Below are positions 8,892 through 19,713 of a stretch of 41,650 bases of DNA, in pieces. Made by a program: the position numbers and the translations under genes. The stretch's first letter is position 1. Each line of letters begins with the position of its first letter. The stretch covers positions 1 to 41,650 of the forward strand of contig CAMOCH010000001.1 of assembly GCA_946610655.1 (NCBI GenBank). Reading direction: 5' to 3'. The stretch comes from an uncultured Clostridia bacterium (lineage in GTDB: Bacteria > Bacillota > Clostridia > Christensenellales > UBA1242). The notes beneath the pieces are model-generated. The model was not told where the DNA came from. It ran no database searches and saw only the letters and a list, made by a program, of their open reading frames with translations.

Positions 8892-10031
8892 TTATATCTT
8901 ACTTTGATATGCTTTCTTTTTTGGATATTCTTTGTCAAGAATTGATTTGTCAAGTTCTTCAACAAGTTCTCGTTCTTTCTTTGAAAGAGTTTTTGGCATT
9001 TCAACAATAATCTTTGCAAACAAATCACCATATGTATTTTTATTAAGAACTTTTGTACCCTTTCCTTTAACTGTTATTATGCTGCCCGTTTGAGTGAGTG
9101 CAGGAATTGTGATTGTTAACTTTTCATTAATACCTGCAATATCAATTTTTTTGCCAAGAAGTGCGTCAGTAAATGAAACATAAACATCTTCAAAAACATC
9201 ATATCCATCACGCTTTAGCACTTTGTGCGGAGAAACTTTTATAACAACTTGAAGATTTCCTGCAGGACCTCCATTCTTACCGGCTTCTCCCTGTCCACGA
9301 AGATTAAGTATGGTTCCATCTTCAACTCCACCAGGAATGTTGATTTCTATATTTCTATTTACTCTCGTGTAACCGTTACCCGAACATTTTTCACATTTTT
9401 CTTTTATTCTCTTTCCTGTTCCACGACATTCTGGACATGTGGTTTCTGAAAGCATTTGTCCAAACATTGTATTTTGTCTTGTTGTTACAACACCGCTTCC
9501 ACCACATCTTGAGCATGTTGTGTATGCCGTACCATTTTTTGCACCTGTGCCATTACATGCGCTGCAATTTTCTGCTCTCGATAAATTAATATTTTTCTTA
9601 ACACCAAAAGCTGCTTCAACAAAGTCAAGATTTATTCTTGCTTGAATGTCAGCACCTTGCATTGGAGCATTTGGATTACGTCTGCTTTGTCTGCCAAAGC
9701 CACCGCCAAAAATGTCTCCAAAAATATCTCCAAATCCACCAAATTGTGAAAAGTCAAAACCGGCACCACCACCGGCACCACCACCTGCGCCGCCACCAAA
9801 GTTAGGCATTCCGTTTGGATCGCCATAATTATCGTAGTTTGAACGTTTTTGCTTGTCTGACAAAACTTCGTATGCTTCGTTTACTTCTTTTAATTTTTCG
9901 GCAGCAGTACTATCACCCGGATTCAAATCTGGGTGATATTTTTTTGCCATTTGGCGATATGCCTTTTTTATTTCGTCATCTGTGGCCGTTTTTGAAACGC
10001 CAAGAATATTATAGTAGTCTTTACTTGCCAT
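8892..10031 (-). CDS. dnaJ: Molecular chaperone DnaJ
   Basis: J-domain with HPD ([11 protein letters not shown]), a G/F region, four CxxCxGxG zinc motifs and a C-terminal substrate-binding domain. Confidence 0.95.
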   Translation of the reverse strand: MASKDYYNILGVSKTATDDEIKKAYRQMAKKYHPDLNPGDSTAAEKLKEVNEAYEVLSDKQKRSNYDNYGDPNGMPNFGGGAGGGAGGGAGFDFSQFGGFGDIFGDIFGGGFGRQSRRNPNAPMQGADIQARINLDFVEAAFGVKKNINLSRAENCSACNGTGAKNGTAYTTCSRCGGSGVVTTRQNTMFGQMLSETTCPECRGTGKRIKEKCEKCSGNGYTRVNRNIEINIPGGVEDGTILNLRGQGEAGKNGGPAGNLQVVIKVSPHKVLKRDGYDVFEDVYVSFTDALLGKKIDIAGINEKLTITIPALTQTGSIITVKGKGTKVLNKNTYGDLFAKIIVEMPKTLSKKERELVEELDKSILDKEYPKKKAYQSKI

Positions 10032-10251
10032 ATGCTCTCTTTCAATTATTTATAATTATATTAATTTAAACAAAGAAGCAAACTCTTCAAATTATATCAA
10101 ATTTAAAGGGTTTGCAGTTGTTTTACATACTCTTTTCTTAGGTTTTTTTATTCAAGTATATCTAATTAAAGAGTTTGTAGGGGTTTGGGGAGAATCTCAC
10201 TCCCCAAGTTTCTTTTGATACTTTTCTTTAAATTAAAGAAAAGTTAATTCA

Positions 10252-12096
<1,845 letters not shown>

Positions 12097-12780
12097 TTAC
12101 TCGCCAATTACAACTTGTGCATAGCGAATGACTTTTTTATTTGATGATAGTATGTAACCCTTTTGATAAACGGCCGTTACTTTTCCGATTTGTTTTTTAT
12201 CCTTAACTTGAACCTTTGAAATTGCGTTGTGGAAATTTGAATCAAATTCTTGCCCCAGAGCATCAATTTCTTCAATTCCCAAATCAACAATCATTTTTTG
12301 AAGGTTTGCATAAATCATTTGATAACCTTTTTTTACTGTTTCATCTTGATTTACTGAAAGCGCCATTTCAAATTGATCAATCACAGGGATTATCTTTTTT
12401 GCAATATCTTCTGTTGCGCTTTCTTTTGCTTCAATTTCAATATTTTTATTTCTTTCTTTAAAGCGCTCCAAATCTTTTTTGTAACTAACTGCTATGCGTT
12501 GGTTATCCATTGCTTCGTTTTTGGCTTTTTTAATTTCTTCATCGGCTTTTGCAAGCGTGTTTTGAATTTCTATAAAAGCTCTTTCATAATCTTCTATTGT
12601 TGGCTCTTCATCGTGAGCACATTCATGGTCGTGTCCACAGTTGCAATGTTCATGCTTATACTTGTGTTTATGTTCATGTTCGCAATTACATTTTTCATCT
12701 TCGCATTTGCATTCTTGCCCGTCATTGCAGCCGCAATCACATTCATCATTGCAATTACATTTTTTTTCTTTTTCTGCCAT
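12097..12780 (-). CDS. grpE: Nucleotide exchange factor GrpE with an atypical Cys/His-rich N-terminal extension
   Basis: The C-terminal about 160 aa are a typical GrpE coiled coil plus beta domain (DLERFKERN...FDSNFHNAISKV...GYILSSNKKVIRYAQVVIG). It sits between hrcA and dnaK. The first about 58 aa carry about 12 Cys and 8 His. Confidence 0.9.
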   Translation of the reverse strand: MAEKEKKCNCNDECDCGCNDGQECKCEDEKCNCEHEHKHKYKHEHCNCGHDHECAHDEEPTIEDYERAFIEIQNTLAKADEEIKKAKNEAMDNQRIAVSYKKDLERFKERNKNIEIEAKESATEDIAKKIIPVIDQFEMALSVNQDETVKKGYQMIYANLQKMIVDLGIEEIDALGQEFDSNFHNAISKVQVKDKKQIGKVTAVYQKGYILSSNKKVIRYAQVVIGE

Positions 12781-12781
12781 C

Positions 12782-13771
12782 TTATATCTCCTTGTCCGTT
12801 AATTCTTTTATTGTATCCGAAACCTCTTTTAAAACAGATATTGCTTTGGCGTAGTCCATACGAACTGGTCCAACAACATTTGCTGAAAGTGTTTTGTTAC
12901 CCTTGAGTTTATATGTTGCTGAAACAATTGATAAGTCGTTGTCTCCAACACTTATTTTAATTTCAACATCTTCACCACCATCTGATGTGTTATTTATTAT
13001 TTCATCACTATCCACAAGCTTGATTGCATTTTTCAATTTTTGAATGTTTTCAAATTCTGGATAATCCATAAATTTTTCTTTGCCTGCAACTGCAATTTGT
13101 GGTCTTTTTTCATACTTACCTGCAATTGCAAATATGATTTTGGTGAAAAGTTCTTTATATTTTATTAGTTCCTGTGAAATAAGGTATCTTTCTTCTTCAA
13201 GAGCTTCAATTGGTTTTCCCGCAAAAAGTTTTGTTAAAATTGTTGCTGCTTCTTCCAAATCTTTTTGAGATGTATTTTCAAGTGAAACAATTTCACTAAT
13301 CACACCAATATCTGTCACAACAACAACCAATTTTGAAGTGCTAGAAAGTTCAACCAATTTTATGTTTTCAATAATGGCTCCAGTTCCACCCATGTAAACA
13401 ACTGATGCATAATTGCACGCATCAGATATTGTTTGAGCTGAACGAGTCATAATTTCATTCAAATTAACAAGTTTGTTCGTAAAATTTGACTGAATTTGCG
13501 CAACTTCTTTTTTAGTAAGTTTTTTGGTTGGCATCAACTCTTGAACATACTTTTTATATCCTTCAGCAGTTGGCACTCTTCCACTTGATGTGTGAATGTG
13601 TGTTATGTAGCCAAGTTCTTCCAAACTCATAAGCTCATTTCTTATGGTTGCAGAACTTACATCTGGCATAAACTTTTCTTGAATAGTTTTGCTAGAAATT
13701 GGCTCACCATTTTCCATACCAGCTTCAACAACTGCTTTAAGAATTTTTTCTTTTCTTTTTGAAAGTTTCAT
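12782..13771 (-). CDS. hrcA: Heat-inducible transcription repressor HrcA
   Basis: 329 aa. Winged-helix N-terminus (LSKRKEKILKAVVE...ISSKTIQEK...SSATIRNELMSLEELGYI..HTSSGRVPT). It is the first gene after the CIRCE element. Confidence 0.9.
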   Translation of the reverse strand: MKLSKRKEKILKAVVEAGMENGEPISSKTIQEKFMPDVSSATIRNELMSLEELGYITHIHTSSGRVPTAEGYKKYVQELMPTKKLTKKEVAQIQSNFTNKLVNLNEIMTRSAQTISDACNYASVVYMGGTGAIIENIKLVELSSTSKLVVVVTDIGVISEIVSLENTSQKDLEEAATILTKLFAGKPIEALEEERYLISQELIKYKELFTKIIFAIAGKYEKRPQIAVAGKEKFMDYPEFENIQKLKNAIKLVDSDEIINNTSDGGEDVEIKISVGDNDLSIVSATYKLKGNKTLSANVVGPVRMDYAKAISVLKEVSDTIKELTDKEI

Positions 13772-13821
13772 TTTTATCCTTTTTTATTATATGCGAATAA
13801 ATTTGAATTTATACACATTTT

Positions 13822-13848
13822 TTAGCACTCTTTGTGTTTGACTGCTAA
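13822..13848 (-). promoter_or_regulatory. CIRCE operator (HrcA binding site)
   Basis: Reads TTAGCACTC-N9-GACTGCTAA, one mismatch to the consensus TTAGCACTC-N9-GAGTGCTAA. It lies between the promoter and the hrcA start. Confidence 0.85.
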
Positions 13849-13856
13849 CAGAACAT

Positions 13857-13885
13857 ATAATATCACTGCTAGCAACTATTGTCAA
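13857..13885 (-). promoter_or_regulatory. Sigma-A promoter of the hrcA-grpE-dnaK-dnaJ operon
   Basis: Minus strand reads TTGACA (13880-13885), 17 nt, TATTAT (13857-13862). It sits 8 nt upstream of CIRCE. Confidence 0.65.
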
Positions 13886-13952
13886 CAGAAAAGTGAAAAA
13901 TTTTTAAAAAATTTTTTGACTTATTTTGACGTTCTTGACTTTTTTTGTAAAA

Positions 13953-13980
13953 TAAAAAAAAGAGCCAAAATTTGCTCTCT
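13953..13980 (-). terminator. Weak rho-independent terminator after hemW
   Basis: AGAGC..GCTCT stem (5 bp plus A/T pairs) followed by T8 on the minus strand. Confidence 0.45.
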
Positions 13981-13997
13981 TTACTTATTAATAATTA

Positions 13998-15140
13998 TTA
14001 TATTAATTCATATATTATTCTATTTAAAACAAGGAAGCCTTTGTCGGTTGCTTTGATTACTCCTTCTGGAGAAAGTGTAACAAAACCACCCTTTATAAGC
14101 ACTGCAAGTTTGTTTTTATTTTTTGACAAGAAGTTTTCGCCAAACTCTTTTTCATAATCTTTAGTGTTAAGACCTTTTTCTGTTCTTAAAGCAAGCATAA
14201 CAAATTCTTCTTGTTTTTCTTCTTTAGAAAGTTCATTAGCAATTTCGGTTGCCAATTTTTCTTGACTTAATCTTTCATGATAAAGTTGAACATTATCAGT
14301 GTTGCTAAATCTAACTCCTGAAACATAACTATGCGCTGAAACACCAAAACCTAAATAATCATTTCTATCCCAATATGTTTGGTTATGAGTGCATTGGAAA
14401 CCTGGTTTTGCGAAGTTTGAAAATTCATAACGAGCATATCCGTTTGCTCTTAAAATTGAAAGCATTTTGTTATACATTTTAATAACTTTATCATCAGGGA
14501 CAACGTTTTCTAGCCCTGCTTTAACTCTCTTATATAGTTTTGTTCCTTCTTCAACTTGAAGCATATAACAAGAAACATGTGGAATTTTTAAAGATATCAA
14601 GTGCTTAACTGCATTTTCAACATCTTTTTCTGTTTGTCCAGGATAACCGATGATTAAATCTGCATTTATGTTTGAAACGCCTTGATCACGAATTCTTTCA
14701 ATTGCGTTATCAAAATCTTGAACGGTGTGAGTTCTTCCCATTGCTTTTAATATTTTTTCATTTGTTGTTTGAAGACCAATACTAAATCTATTTACACCAG
14801 AGATAATATACTCTCTTATTTTTGCATTTGTTATTGTGTTTGGGTTTACCTCAACAGTTATTTCAGCATCATTTTTAACACTGAAATATCTGTAAATATA
14901 TGAGAGAACATCTCTTATTGTGTTTGCTGGCATAAATGAAGGTGTGCCACCACCAAAGAAGATACTATCAACACTGAAATATTCTGCATACTCTTTTGCT
15001 CTCATTTTTATTTCTGTGAAAAGATCTTTAACATAAATTGCTTTTTCTTGATCTGTGCCAACTTTTGAATTGAATCCACAATATTCACATTTTCTTTCAC
15101 AAAATGGCATATGGATATATAAACTGAGATTCTTTTTCAT
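13998..15140 (-). CDS. hemW: Radical SAM heme chaperone HemW (HemN-like, oxygen-independent coproporphyrinogen oxidase family)
   Basis: 380 aa. CxxxCxxC (FCERKCEYCGF), GGGTPS, and a HemN_C-like tail. It sits between lepA and hrcA as in Bacillus. Confidence 0.85.
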   Translation of the reverse strand: MKKNLSLYIHMPFCERKCEYCGFNSKVGTDQEKAIYVKDLFTEIKMRAKEYAEYFSVDSIFFGGGTPSFMPANTIRDVLSYIYRYFSVKNDAEITVEVNPNTITNAKIREYIISGVNRFSIGLQTTNEKILKAMGRTHTVQDFDNAIERIRDQGVSNINADLIIGYPGQTEKDVENAVKHLISLKIPHVSCYMLQVEEGTKLYKRVKAGLENVVPDDKVIKMYNKMLSILRANGYARYEFSNFAKPGFQCTHNQTYWDRNDYLGFGVSAHSYVSGVRFSNTDNVQLYHERLSQEKLATEIANELSKEEKQEEFVMLALRTEKGLNTKDYEKEFGENFLSKNKNKLAVLIKGGFVTLSPEGVIKATDKGFLVLNRIIYELI

Positions 15141-15205
15141 ACATTCACCTCTTTTAGCATTTTATACAATAATTATATTGTATAAATTTGGTTTAGTCAA
15201 TATTT

Positions 15206-16999
15206 TTAATCTATTTTCAAAATACTCATGAATGCTTCTGCTGGAAGTTCCACGCTGCCAAGCATTCTCATTCTCTTTTTGCCCTCTTTTTGTTTTTCAA
15301 GAAGTTTTCTCTTTCTTGAAATATCTCCACCATAACATTTTGCAAGCACGTCTTTTCTAAGAGCTTTTACCGTTTCTCTTGCAATAATTTTGCCACCAAT
15401 GCAAGCTTGAATTGGAATTTCAAAAAGCTGTCTTGGAACAACTTCTTTAAGTTTTTCTGCAATATTTCTTCCTCTTTCATAAGCTTTTTCTCTGTGAACA
15501 ATAAGTGAAAGTGCGTCACAAACTTCGCCATTGAGCATCATGTCCATTTTAACCATATCACTTGTTTTATAACCAGATAGTTCGTAGTCTAAGCTTGCGT
15601 AACCATGTGAACAAGATTTAAGTTTGTCAAAAAAATCATAAACAATTTCGCATAGAGGAAGTTCATATTCAAGTTTAACCCTTGTTTTTTCAATATATGT
15701 CATATTATTAAACACACCACGCTTGTTTTTTGCCAAGTCCATTATGTCTCCGACATACTCTGGGGGTGTATATACATTTGCAAGAATCATTGGCTCATCA
15801 ATGTGATCAATAAGCTCAACTTTTGGCATATTGCTCGGATTTGAAATTTCAAGCATATCACCATTTGTTTTATATACATTATAACTAACACTTGGTGCTG
15901 TTGTGATAAGTTCCAAATTGAACTCTCTCTCAAGTCTTTCGGTTATAATTTCCATATGAAGAAGACCCAAAAAGCCGCATCTAAAACCATATCCAAGAGC
16001 TGTTGATGTTTCTGGTGAATAAATTAATGATGCGTCTGAAAGTTTAAGTTTTTCAAGTGCATCTTTAAGCGCATTATATTTGCTTCCATCAACTGGGAAA
16101 ATACCTGAATAAACAACAGGCATAACCTGCTTATAACCAGGAAGTGGCTGAGTTTCTTTTCCACTAATACAAATTGTGTCACCAACACGAATATCACTAA
16201 CAGTTTTTATGCTGGCACAAATATATCCAACATCTCCAGCAGTAAGTTCATCTTTGGTTGTCATTTTTGGAGTAAACACACCAACTTCAACAACTTCATA
16301 TATTTTATCTTGTTGAAGCATATGAATTTTATCCCCTGCTTTAACGCTTCCATCAACAATTCTAACCAAACAAACTCCACCTTTGTAGTTATCATAAAAG
16401 CTGTCAAAAATAAGAGCTTTCAATGGTTTTGTGTCATCAGCAACAGGTGCTGGAATTTTATCTATAACAACATCAAGAACTTTATCAATGTTTATGCCAG
16501 CTTTTGCAGAAACAAGTGGCGCATAGCTGGTGTCAAGTCCAATGATATCTTCTATTTCTTTTTTAACTTCATCTGGTCTTGCACTTGGCAAATCAATTTT
16601 GTTAATAACAGGAACAACAAACAAATCATTCTCTATTGCAAGGTAAACGTTTGCAAGGGTTTGTGCTTCAACGCCTTGGCTTGCATCAACAACCAAAATT
16701 GCACCTTCACATGCAGCAAGAGAACGACTGACTTCATAAGTAAAGTCAACGTGTCCTGGGGTATCTATTAAGTTAAGTTCATATTCTTTGCCATCTTTTG
16801 TATATTTCATAGTTACAGGAGCAAGTTTAATGGTTATTCCTCTTTCTCTTTCAAGGTCCATACTATCAAGAAGTTGTGCTTTGCTATCTCTTTCACTAAC
16901 GGTGCCTGTTATCTCCATGATTCTATCAGCAAGAGTGCTTTTGCCATGGTCTATGTGTGCTATAATACAAAAATTGCGAATTAAAGATTTGTCTTTCAT
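15206..16999 (-). CDS. lepA: Translation elongation factor 4 (LepA)
   Basis: GTPase motifs [14 protein letters not shown] and NKID, plus a LepA-specific C-terminus. The track ORF starts at 17041. [22 protein letters not shown] at 16999 has SD AGAGG and matches family N-termini. Confidence 0.95.
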   Translation of the reverse strand: MKDKSLIRNFCIIAHIDHGKSTLADRIMEITGTVSERDSKAQLLDSMDLERERGITIKLAPVTMKYTKDGKEYELNLIDTPGHVDFTYEVSRSLAACEGAILVVDASQGVEAQTLANVYLAIENDLFVVPVINKIDLPSARPDEVKKEIEDIIGLDTSYAPLVSAKAGINIDKVLDVVIDKIPAPVADDTKPLKALIFDSFYDNYKGGVCLVRIVDGSVKAGDKIHMLQQDKIYEVVEVGVFTPKMTTKDELTAGDVGYICASIKTVSDIRVGDTICISGKETQPLPGYKQVMPVVYSGIFPVDGSKYNALKDALEKLKLSDASLIYSPETSTALGYGFRCGFLGLLHMEIITERLEREFNLELITTAPSVSYNVYKTNGDMLEISNPSNMPKVELIDHIDEPMILANVYTPPEYVGDIMDLAKNKRGVFNNMTYIEKTRVKLEYELPLCEIVYDFFDKLKSCSHGYASLDYELSGYKTSDMVKMDMMLNGEVCDALSLIVHREKAYERGRNIAEKLKEVVPRQLFEIPIQACIGGKIIARETVKALRKDVLAKCYGGDISRKRKLLEKQKEGKKRMRMLGSVELPAEAFMSILKID

Positions 17000-17021
17000 A
17001 ATACCTCTTTTATATTTATTA

Positions 17022-17051
17022 ATTATATATAATAACAACAATCTTTTGCAA
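17022..17051 (-). promoter_or_regulatory. Candidate sigma-A promoter for lepA
   Basis: Minus strand reads TTGCAA, 18 nt, TATAAT. Confidence 0.4.
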
Positions 17052-17258
17052 GTATTTTATAAAATTTGCAGCATTTATAAAGATTTCTTTTAAAAATCCT
17101 ACCTTTTTATTAAAAAAATACCCCCACCACCAATAAAAATAGTTAATTTTGCTAGTATTTATACTAAAAATGTAGTATTATATAGGTAAGTCAGTTTGGC
17201 TTTATTAATGATTATCACACCATCATGGTGAATTTATATACATTATTATGGAGAACTA

Positions 17259-17996
17259 ATGAGTAAATTTGAAGATTGGATTAATTCAACCACATTTGTA
17301 AACCGTGGATTTTATAATAATGATGAAGTGCCTGAAAATAGCTTAAAAGCTATTAATCTTGCAATTCACAAAAACTTTGGAATATGCATTGAAGTGCGTG
17401 CCCTTGCCGATGGCACTATTGTTGTTTTTAATGATGCAACACTTGGAAGAATGACAAATAGTGACGGCTTTATTTATCACTCTACTTTGCACGAAATCAA
17501 TGAGTTATCACTACTTAATTCTAGTGAGAAAATACCTACTCTCACTGAAGTGCTTGACCTTGTTAACGGACAAGTTCCTATTATCATTAACGTTAAAACT
17601 TTAGATGAGCAAGAAGTTTATGAGTCAACTTTTGAAAAATATGTTTGGAAAACTTTGCAAGGTTATAAAGGCGATTATGCCATTGCGAGTGCAAATCCAT
17701 ATACCCTTGCTTGGTTTAAAGAAAACGCCCCAAAAGTTAAACGTGGACAAATAAGTTCTTTATACAAAAACTCAATACTTCCATTTAAAGTAAAGTTTAA
17801 ATATAAAAGAATGAAACTCAACTATCTTTCTGAACCAAACTTTATTATGTATAAAGCAAGCGACTTGCCTAACAGATTTGTTAAAAAAATAAAAGACTTA
17901 CCTATTCTTGCAAACCATGTTTACAGCCAAGAAGTCTTTGAAAAAAGCAAAAAACAAGCAACCAACTTTATATATGATGACTACTATGTTGAATAA
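17259..17996 (+). CDS. Glycerophosphodiester phosphodiesterase (GDPD) family protein, apparently lacking both catalytic His
   Basis: 245 aa; the only convincing plus-strand gene. GDPD-like N-terminus (VNRGFYNNDEVPENSLKAINLA...CIEVRALADGTIVVFNDATLGRMTN), with NRG in place of HRG and FND in place of HD. SD GGAGA lies upstream. Confidence 0.7.
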   Translation: MSKFEDWINSTTFVNRGFYNNDEVPENSLKAINLAIHKNFGICIEVRALADGTIVVFNDATLGRMTNSDGFIYHSTLHEINELSLLNSSEKIPTLTEVLDLVNGQVPIIINVKTLDEQEVYESTFEKYVWKTLQGYKGDYAIASANPYTLAWFKENAPKVKRGQISSLYKNSILPFKVKFKYKRMKLNYLSEPNFIMYKASDLPNRFVKKIKDLPILANHVYSQEVFEKSKKQATNFIYDDYYVE

Positions 17997-18006
17997 AAAG
18001 CAGCAC

Positions 18007-18040
18007 AAAAAAAACTTGAATTTAAATTCAAGTTTTTTTT
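18007..18040. terminator. Bidirectional terminator between convergent genes
   Basis: Reads A8-CTTGAATTT/AAATTCAAG-T8, a perfect palindrome flanked by an A-run and a T-run. It lies between the stop codons at 17996 (+) and 18046 (-). Confidence 0.75.
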
Positions 18041-18045
18041 ATTTA

Positions 18046-18630
18046 CTAATCTATATTAATTTTGCTAACATTGATTTGCAATTTCATGTATCCAGACAAA
18101 TCAATTCTTTCTGCTGCATTGTAATCTGTTACATATGCAGCAATAACATATTTACCAGTTTTATCTGCATTTAATGTTATTTCTTCTGTTTTTCCAGTTG
18201 TTCTATCCACAAAATATATTTGTTGTGTTACTGCATCAATAATTGCAATTTCAACATAATCTTTTGCGTTTGTTTCTCCATCAACTGTAATATCAAAAGT
18301 AAATCTTGCATTTGCTCCAGTGTTGTTTGAAACTTGTGCTTTGAAGAGTTTTACGTCATCAACAAGTGCTTCGTTTGTGTATAAAATTTCATCATAGTTA
18401 TTTACAACAACACCATTGTTATAATCATCAAGTTTTCCGTTGTAATATCCAACAGGACTAAATATTTCTTCTTTTGCAGTATTTGCTGTTAGGTTAAATG
18501 AATACTCATGAAGGCCAACTGCTGCAACTGGGTCTGCAAGAGCAAACACCACACCAAGAGAAATTGCAAGGCTTGCAACAACTGCTACTATTGAAGAAAT
18601 AAACAATGCTGTTAATCTTTTTTCTTTCAT
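18046..18630 (-). CDS. Hypothetical membrane-anchored or secreted protein
   Basis: 194 aa. N-terminal signal or anchor helix (LTALFISSIVAVVASLAISLGVVFALA) followed by a beta-rich domain. It has its own consensus promoter and SD GAGAGGA. Confidence 0.6.
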   Translation of the reverse strand: MKEKRLTALFISSIVAVVASLAISLGVVFALADPVAAVGLHEYSFNLTANTAKEEIFSPVGYYNGKLDDYNNGVVVNNYDEILYTNEALVDDVKLFKAQVSNNTGANARFTFDITVDGETNAKDYVEIAIIDAVTQQIYFVDRTTGKTEEITLNADKTGKYVIAAYVTDYNAAERIDLSGYMKLQINVSKINID

Positions 18631-18660
18631 AACAATATCCTCTCGTTATTTTATAGCCAT

Positions 18661-18689
18661 ATTATATATTAATAATTATTAGTTGTCAA
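18661..18689 (-). promoter_or_regulatory. Consensus sigma-A promoter for the 194-aa gene
   Basis: Minus strand reads TTGACA, 17 nt, TATAAT, a perfect consensus. Confidence 0.65.
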
Positions 18690-18712
18690 TAATTTTACTA
18701 TTAATTAGACTC

Positions 18713-18739
18713 ATAAAAAAATCGGCAAACGCCGATTTT
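18713..18739 (-). terminator. Rho-independent terminator after the pnuC-like gene
   Basis: Minus strand reads AAAATCGGC-GTTT-GCCGATTTT followed by TTTTATG. Confidence 0.7.
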
Positions 18740-18743
18740 ATTT

Positions 18744-19703
18744 TTATGAATTTTTTTCAATATCAACTGCTTTATCCCAGTATAAGTTTTGATACATTCT
18801 TCTAAGTTTAATAACTTTTTTGATATTAACTTTTCTTTTATTTAATATCACTCCACCATTTATGGTGTTCTTTCTATACATGCTCTTCCACAAATAATAT
18901 CCATATATTCCATCAGTAAGGCAAGCAACGCAAACAAGCATGTTTTGAGCATAATTTCCAAATGATGTTGTAACCATCATGCTAATCCACATTACTATTT
19001 GAAGCACTTGACTTATAATATACATCAAATATGATTCCATATATCTTCCACTAGAAAGAATTTTAACAATAACACCAATCGCAAAAACAATGGTTGAAAT
19101 GATAAGTGAAGATGTATTAAGAAATTTTAATAAAAAGTATCCAGCAACAAGCATAACAACAAACACAAAAATATAAATTGCCCATTTTTTTGGAGTTAAT
19201 TTCTTTACTTCAATTGTTTTTTCATCATACTTGCCAGTTTTTTGTGCTTTCAAGTTTTTTGTCCAGCTTATTATTGCAACAATATTAAGAGGAATATTTA
19301 TTGCTGCCATTTTGATAACTTCTCCCCAAAGCCCACTAAGCGAACAAATAACTATGTATATTATGCAATCTAGTATTCCAAAATAAATACCAAGAACCTT
19401 TCCTCTTGAAACCAAATCGATATTAAGCATAAGTACAGGAAGTTGAATAGCTGCAAGCCAAGTTGTTTTTGGGAACAATATCAAAAAGACGATGGTCATT
19501 GCAATAGATAAGCAATACCACCAAAATCTGAACACATGCTCTCTACGTAAGTTACGAATAACCTGTATTCTATCAACACCTTCCCCATAGATAGACTGAA
19601 ATCTTACTGCAGAATTAATGCCTAAATTTCCAGTTACATTTCCTTTTATAAGGTGTCTAGAATATGTTCTTCCTCTTCTGTTTATATTTTCTAAATTAGC
19701 CAT
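18744..19703 (-). CDS. pnuC: PnuC-family (nicotinamide riboside/NMN-type) transporter-like membrane protein
   Basis: Two PnuC-like half-repeats align by eye. LVSRGKVLGIYFGILDCIIYIV...GLWGEV...ISW corresponds to E. coli LEKISNYFFGLINVTLFG...LYASLL...GWYAW. ILSSGRYMESYLMYIISQVLQIVMW corresponds to ILMTRKYVENWLLWVIINVISVVIF. The start is set at MANLEN (19703) behind SD GGGGAGA rather than the track start at 19727, which overlaps helD. Confidence 0.6.
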   Translation of the reverse strand: MANLENINRRGRTYSRHLIKGNVTGNLGINSAVRFQSIYGEGVDRIQVIRNLRREHVFRFWWYCLSIAMTIVFLILFPKTTWLAAIQLPVLMLNIDLVSRGKVLGIYFGILDCIIYIVICSLSGLWGEVIKMAAINIPLNIVAIISWTKNLKAQKTGKYDEKTIEVKKLTPKKWAIYIFVFVVMLVAGYFLLKFLNTSSLIISTIVFAIGVIVKILSSGRYMESYLMYIISQVLQIVMWISMMVTTSFGNYAQNMLVCVACLTDGIYGYYLWKSMYRKNTINGGVILNKRKVNIKKVIKLRRMYQNLYWDKAVDIEKNS

Positions 19704-19713
19704 TTTCTCCCCA

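Noticed and set aside
8846-9031. 61-aa minus-strand ORF overlapping the dnaJ 3' end.
   Set aside because: It is an alternative frame of dnaJ that spans the dnaJ terminator, and it has no SD.
9759-9800. Short tandem GGC/ACC-rich DNA repeat.
   Set aside because: It encodes the (GGGA)n part of the DnaJ G/F linker. It is not a CRISPR array or a satellite.
17225-17266. 13-codon uORF (MVNLYTLLWRTNE) overlapping the GDPD start, next to a small hairpin (CACCA-TCA-TGGTG).
   Set aside because: It has no SD and no conserved leader-peptide features, so it is too weak to call.
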